A program made the position numbers and the translations under genes. This document shows, one piece after another, positions 62,407-64,000 of a DNA stretch of 64,000 nucleotides (position 1 is the stretch's first letter; every line of letters starts with the position of its first letter). Source of the DNA: an uncultured Actinomycetes bacterium (GTDB taxonomy: Bacteria > Actinomycetota > UBA4738 > HRBIN12); contig CAVPIB010000004.1 of the NCBI GenBank assembly GCA_963704885.1, forward strand, positions 1,024,001 to 1,088,000, in the 5' to 3' direction. The notes below the pieces were generated by a model that did no database searches, was not told the origin of the DNA, and worked only from the letters and a program-made list of their open reading frames with translations.

Positions 62407-63552
62407 TCAGGAAGCTGGCACCTTCTTCTGTGGGTCGACGAACGGGATAGGGGCCGTCAGGCCGACACGCCCCCCGTCATCCGTCTCGACGTCCAGGCGT
62501 GTGCCGGGAGCCGCGAGCTCGATCGGCACCCAGACGTAGCCGATGTTCTTCTCCAGACGCGGCGACCAGCACGCGTCGGTGACGTGGCCGACCGCCTCGC
62601 CCCCGTGCGACACCGGCCAGTGCTGCGTCGGCTGGTCCACCGGCTCGCCTTCCAGTTCGATGCCTACTAGCTTGCGCGACACGCCCTCTCGCCGGATCCG
62701 CTCGAGCGCGGCCTTGCCGATGTAGTCGGCCTCTTGATCCTCCACCAGGCGCTCGAGGCCCGTGATCTCTAACGGGTTGTCTCCCAGGCCGATGTCGGAC
62801 CCCCAATCGAAGATGCCCGCCTCCATACGTCGGATATCCGAGGAGGGCGTGACACGGATGCCGTGCGGCTTGCCGGCGTCGAGGATGCGCTCCCACAGGT
62901 CGTCGCCACGGCTCGGGTCGCGCAGGTAGATCTCGTAGCCGACCACAGCGGTCCAGCCGGTCCGGCTGATCACGACGGGGATGCCGTCGAGGTCCGTCTC
63001 GTCGCACCAGTAGTACTTCATGTCCAACACCCAGTCGCCGAAGAGATCGCGCATCGTGTCCTTGGCCTTGGGTCCCTGTACCTGAACGGGGTAGACCTCG
63101 GGGTGCGTGACCTTCACGTCCATGCCGGAGTTCACGGCGACACCCATCGCATAGAGGCCGGCATCGGAGTCGGCCAGGGCGAGCCACCACCGGTTCTCCT
63201 CGATCCGCAGCAGCACAGGGTCGTTCACGATGCCGCCGTCCTCGGCAGTCATCAGAACGTACTTGCCCTGCTTCACCGCGCACTTGGTGAGATCGCGGCA
63301 GGTCAGCAGGTTCGTGAACGCGCTCGAGTCGGGTCCCGTGATCTCGACGATGCGCTCGACGCTCACGTCCCAGAGCGTCACGTCGTTCACGAGCGCCCAG
63401 TACTCCTCGATGGGATCGCCGTACGTGTTCGGGTGGTACATGTGCTGGTAGACGTCATAGGCGGAGCAGCCTGCTCGCAGCGTCGCTTCGAAGAACGGCG
63501 ACCTGAGGTACCAGGGCCCCCAGTTGAGCGTGGTGTTGTCCGGTATCGCCAT
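62407..63552 (-). CDS. GcvT-family aminomethyltransferase/demethylase (DmdA-like)
   Basis: LWDVSVERIVEITGPD, GGIVNDPVLLR, VQVQGPK, SRTGWTAVVGYEIY, WSPRLEKNIG. Confidence 0.85.
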   Translation of the reverse strand: MAIPDNTTLNWGPWYLRSPFFEATLRAGCSAYDVYQHMYHPNTYGDPIEEYWALVNDVTLWDVSVERIVEITGPDSSAFTNLLTCRDLTKCAVKQGKYVLMTAEDGGIVNDPVLLRIEENRWWLALADSDAGLYAMGVAVNSGMDVKVTHPEVYPVQVQGPKAKDTMRDLFGDWVLDMKYYWCDETDLDGIPVVISRTGWTAVVGYEIYLRDPSRGDDLWERILDAGKPHGIRVTPSSDIRRMEAGIFDWGSDIGLGDNPLEITGLERLVEDQEADYIGKAALERIRREGVSRKLVGIELEGEPVDQPTQHWPVSHGGEAVGHVTDACWSPRLEKNIGYVWVPIELAAPGTRLDVETDDGGRVGLTAPIPFVDPQKKVPAS

Positions 63553-63676
63553 CGGATCCTCCTCGGCTCGGTCGGTTGCGGAGTCTACGGGCGTCTGCCT
63601 CGTAGCCGGTAGCTGGGTTCCCGCACCTGCGCATCATCTTCTCGGTCGTGCTACGAAGACGACGGGAGGGAGTTCG

Positions 63677-63931
63677 TTGGAGAGAGAACGTTCGAGGCTC
63701 ACCAGACCGCGGTATCCGATGCCGTCGTCCGTGCGTGATGCACTCACGCGACGGGGGCTCATGGACGCCTATCGGGCGCGCCCCGACTACCAGCAGAATG
63801 ACTACATCGGCTGGATCACGCGAGCCAAGCGCGAGGAGACGCAGCAGAGGCGCCTCCAGCAGATGCTGGACGAGCTTCGGCGCGGAGACACGTATATGAA
63901 GATGACCTACCGCCCGAAGGACGGCGCCTAG
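63677..63931 (+). CDS. YdeI/OmpD-associated family protein
   Basis: YPMPSSVRDAL...AYRARPDYQQNDYIGWITRAKREETQQRRLQQMLDEL; SD GGAGGGAG before TTG 63677. Confidence 0.8.
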   Translation: MERERSRLTRPRYPMPSSVRDALTRRGLMDAYRARPDYQQNDYIGWITRAKREETQQRRLQQMLDELRRGDTYMKMTYRPKDGA

Positions 63932-64000
63932 GCGTGCCCCTCGTTCCATACGTCGGTGATCTCCGCGTAGCGGACCGACTGGGATCCGAAGAGCGGCTTG
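63928..64000 (-). CDS. 3' end of an unidentified gene (partial)
   Basis: Open frame ...KPLFGSQSVRYAEITDVWNEGHA-stop converging on the YdeI-like gene. Confidence 0.4.
   Translation of the reverse strand, partial: KPLFGSQSVRYAEITDVWNEGHA

Overview
High-GC bacterial chromosomal window, most consistent with an uncultured Actinomycetota. Supporting signs are four LLM/F420-type oxidoreductases, an LppM-like lipoprotein, a GT-C mannosyltransferase and many leaderless genes. About 55 CDSs were found; no rRNA, tRNA, CRISPR array, transposase or phage gene was recognised. The centrepiece is a ~22 kb nucleobase-catabolism locus (32.2-54.4 kb). On the minus strand it reads: ureidopropionase-like nitrilase, CPS_4043-type F420 LLM, NMT1/THI5-type ABC importer, ygeY, ygeW-like, an orphan PLP enzyme, dpaL/ygeX, selenium-dependent-type XDH, ssnA, a second Mer-like LLM, and pucC-pucE-8-oxoguanine deaminase-pucD; hydA converges on it. 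This resembles the anaerobic gut-bacterial 2,8-dioxopurine (reductive urate) pathway, but ygfK and carbamate kinase are not in the window, and F420-type LLMs occupy the reductase slots. That suggests an undescribed F420-dependent reductive purine/pyrimidine degradation route. A second notable signal is a shared 23-nt promoter/leader motif plus hairpin architecture upstream of a DEAD-box helicase and of a 63-aa CCCH zinc-finger gene 41 kb away. About five single-base frameshifts are probably assembly errors. All family calls are from motif recognition by eye, not database searches.
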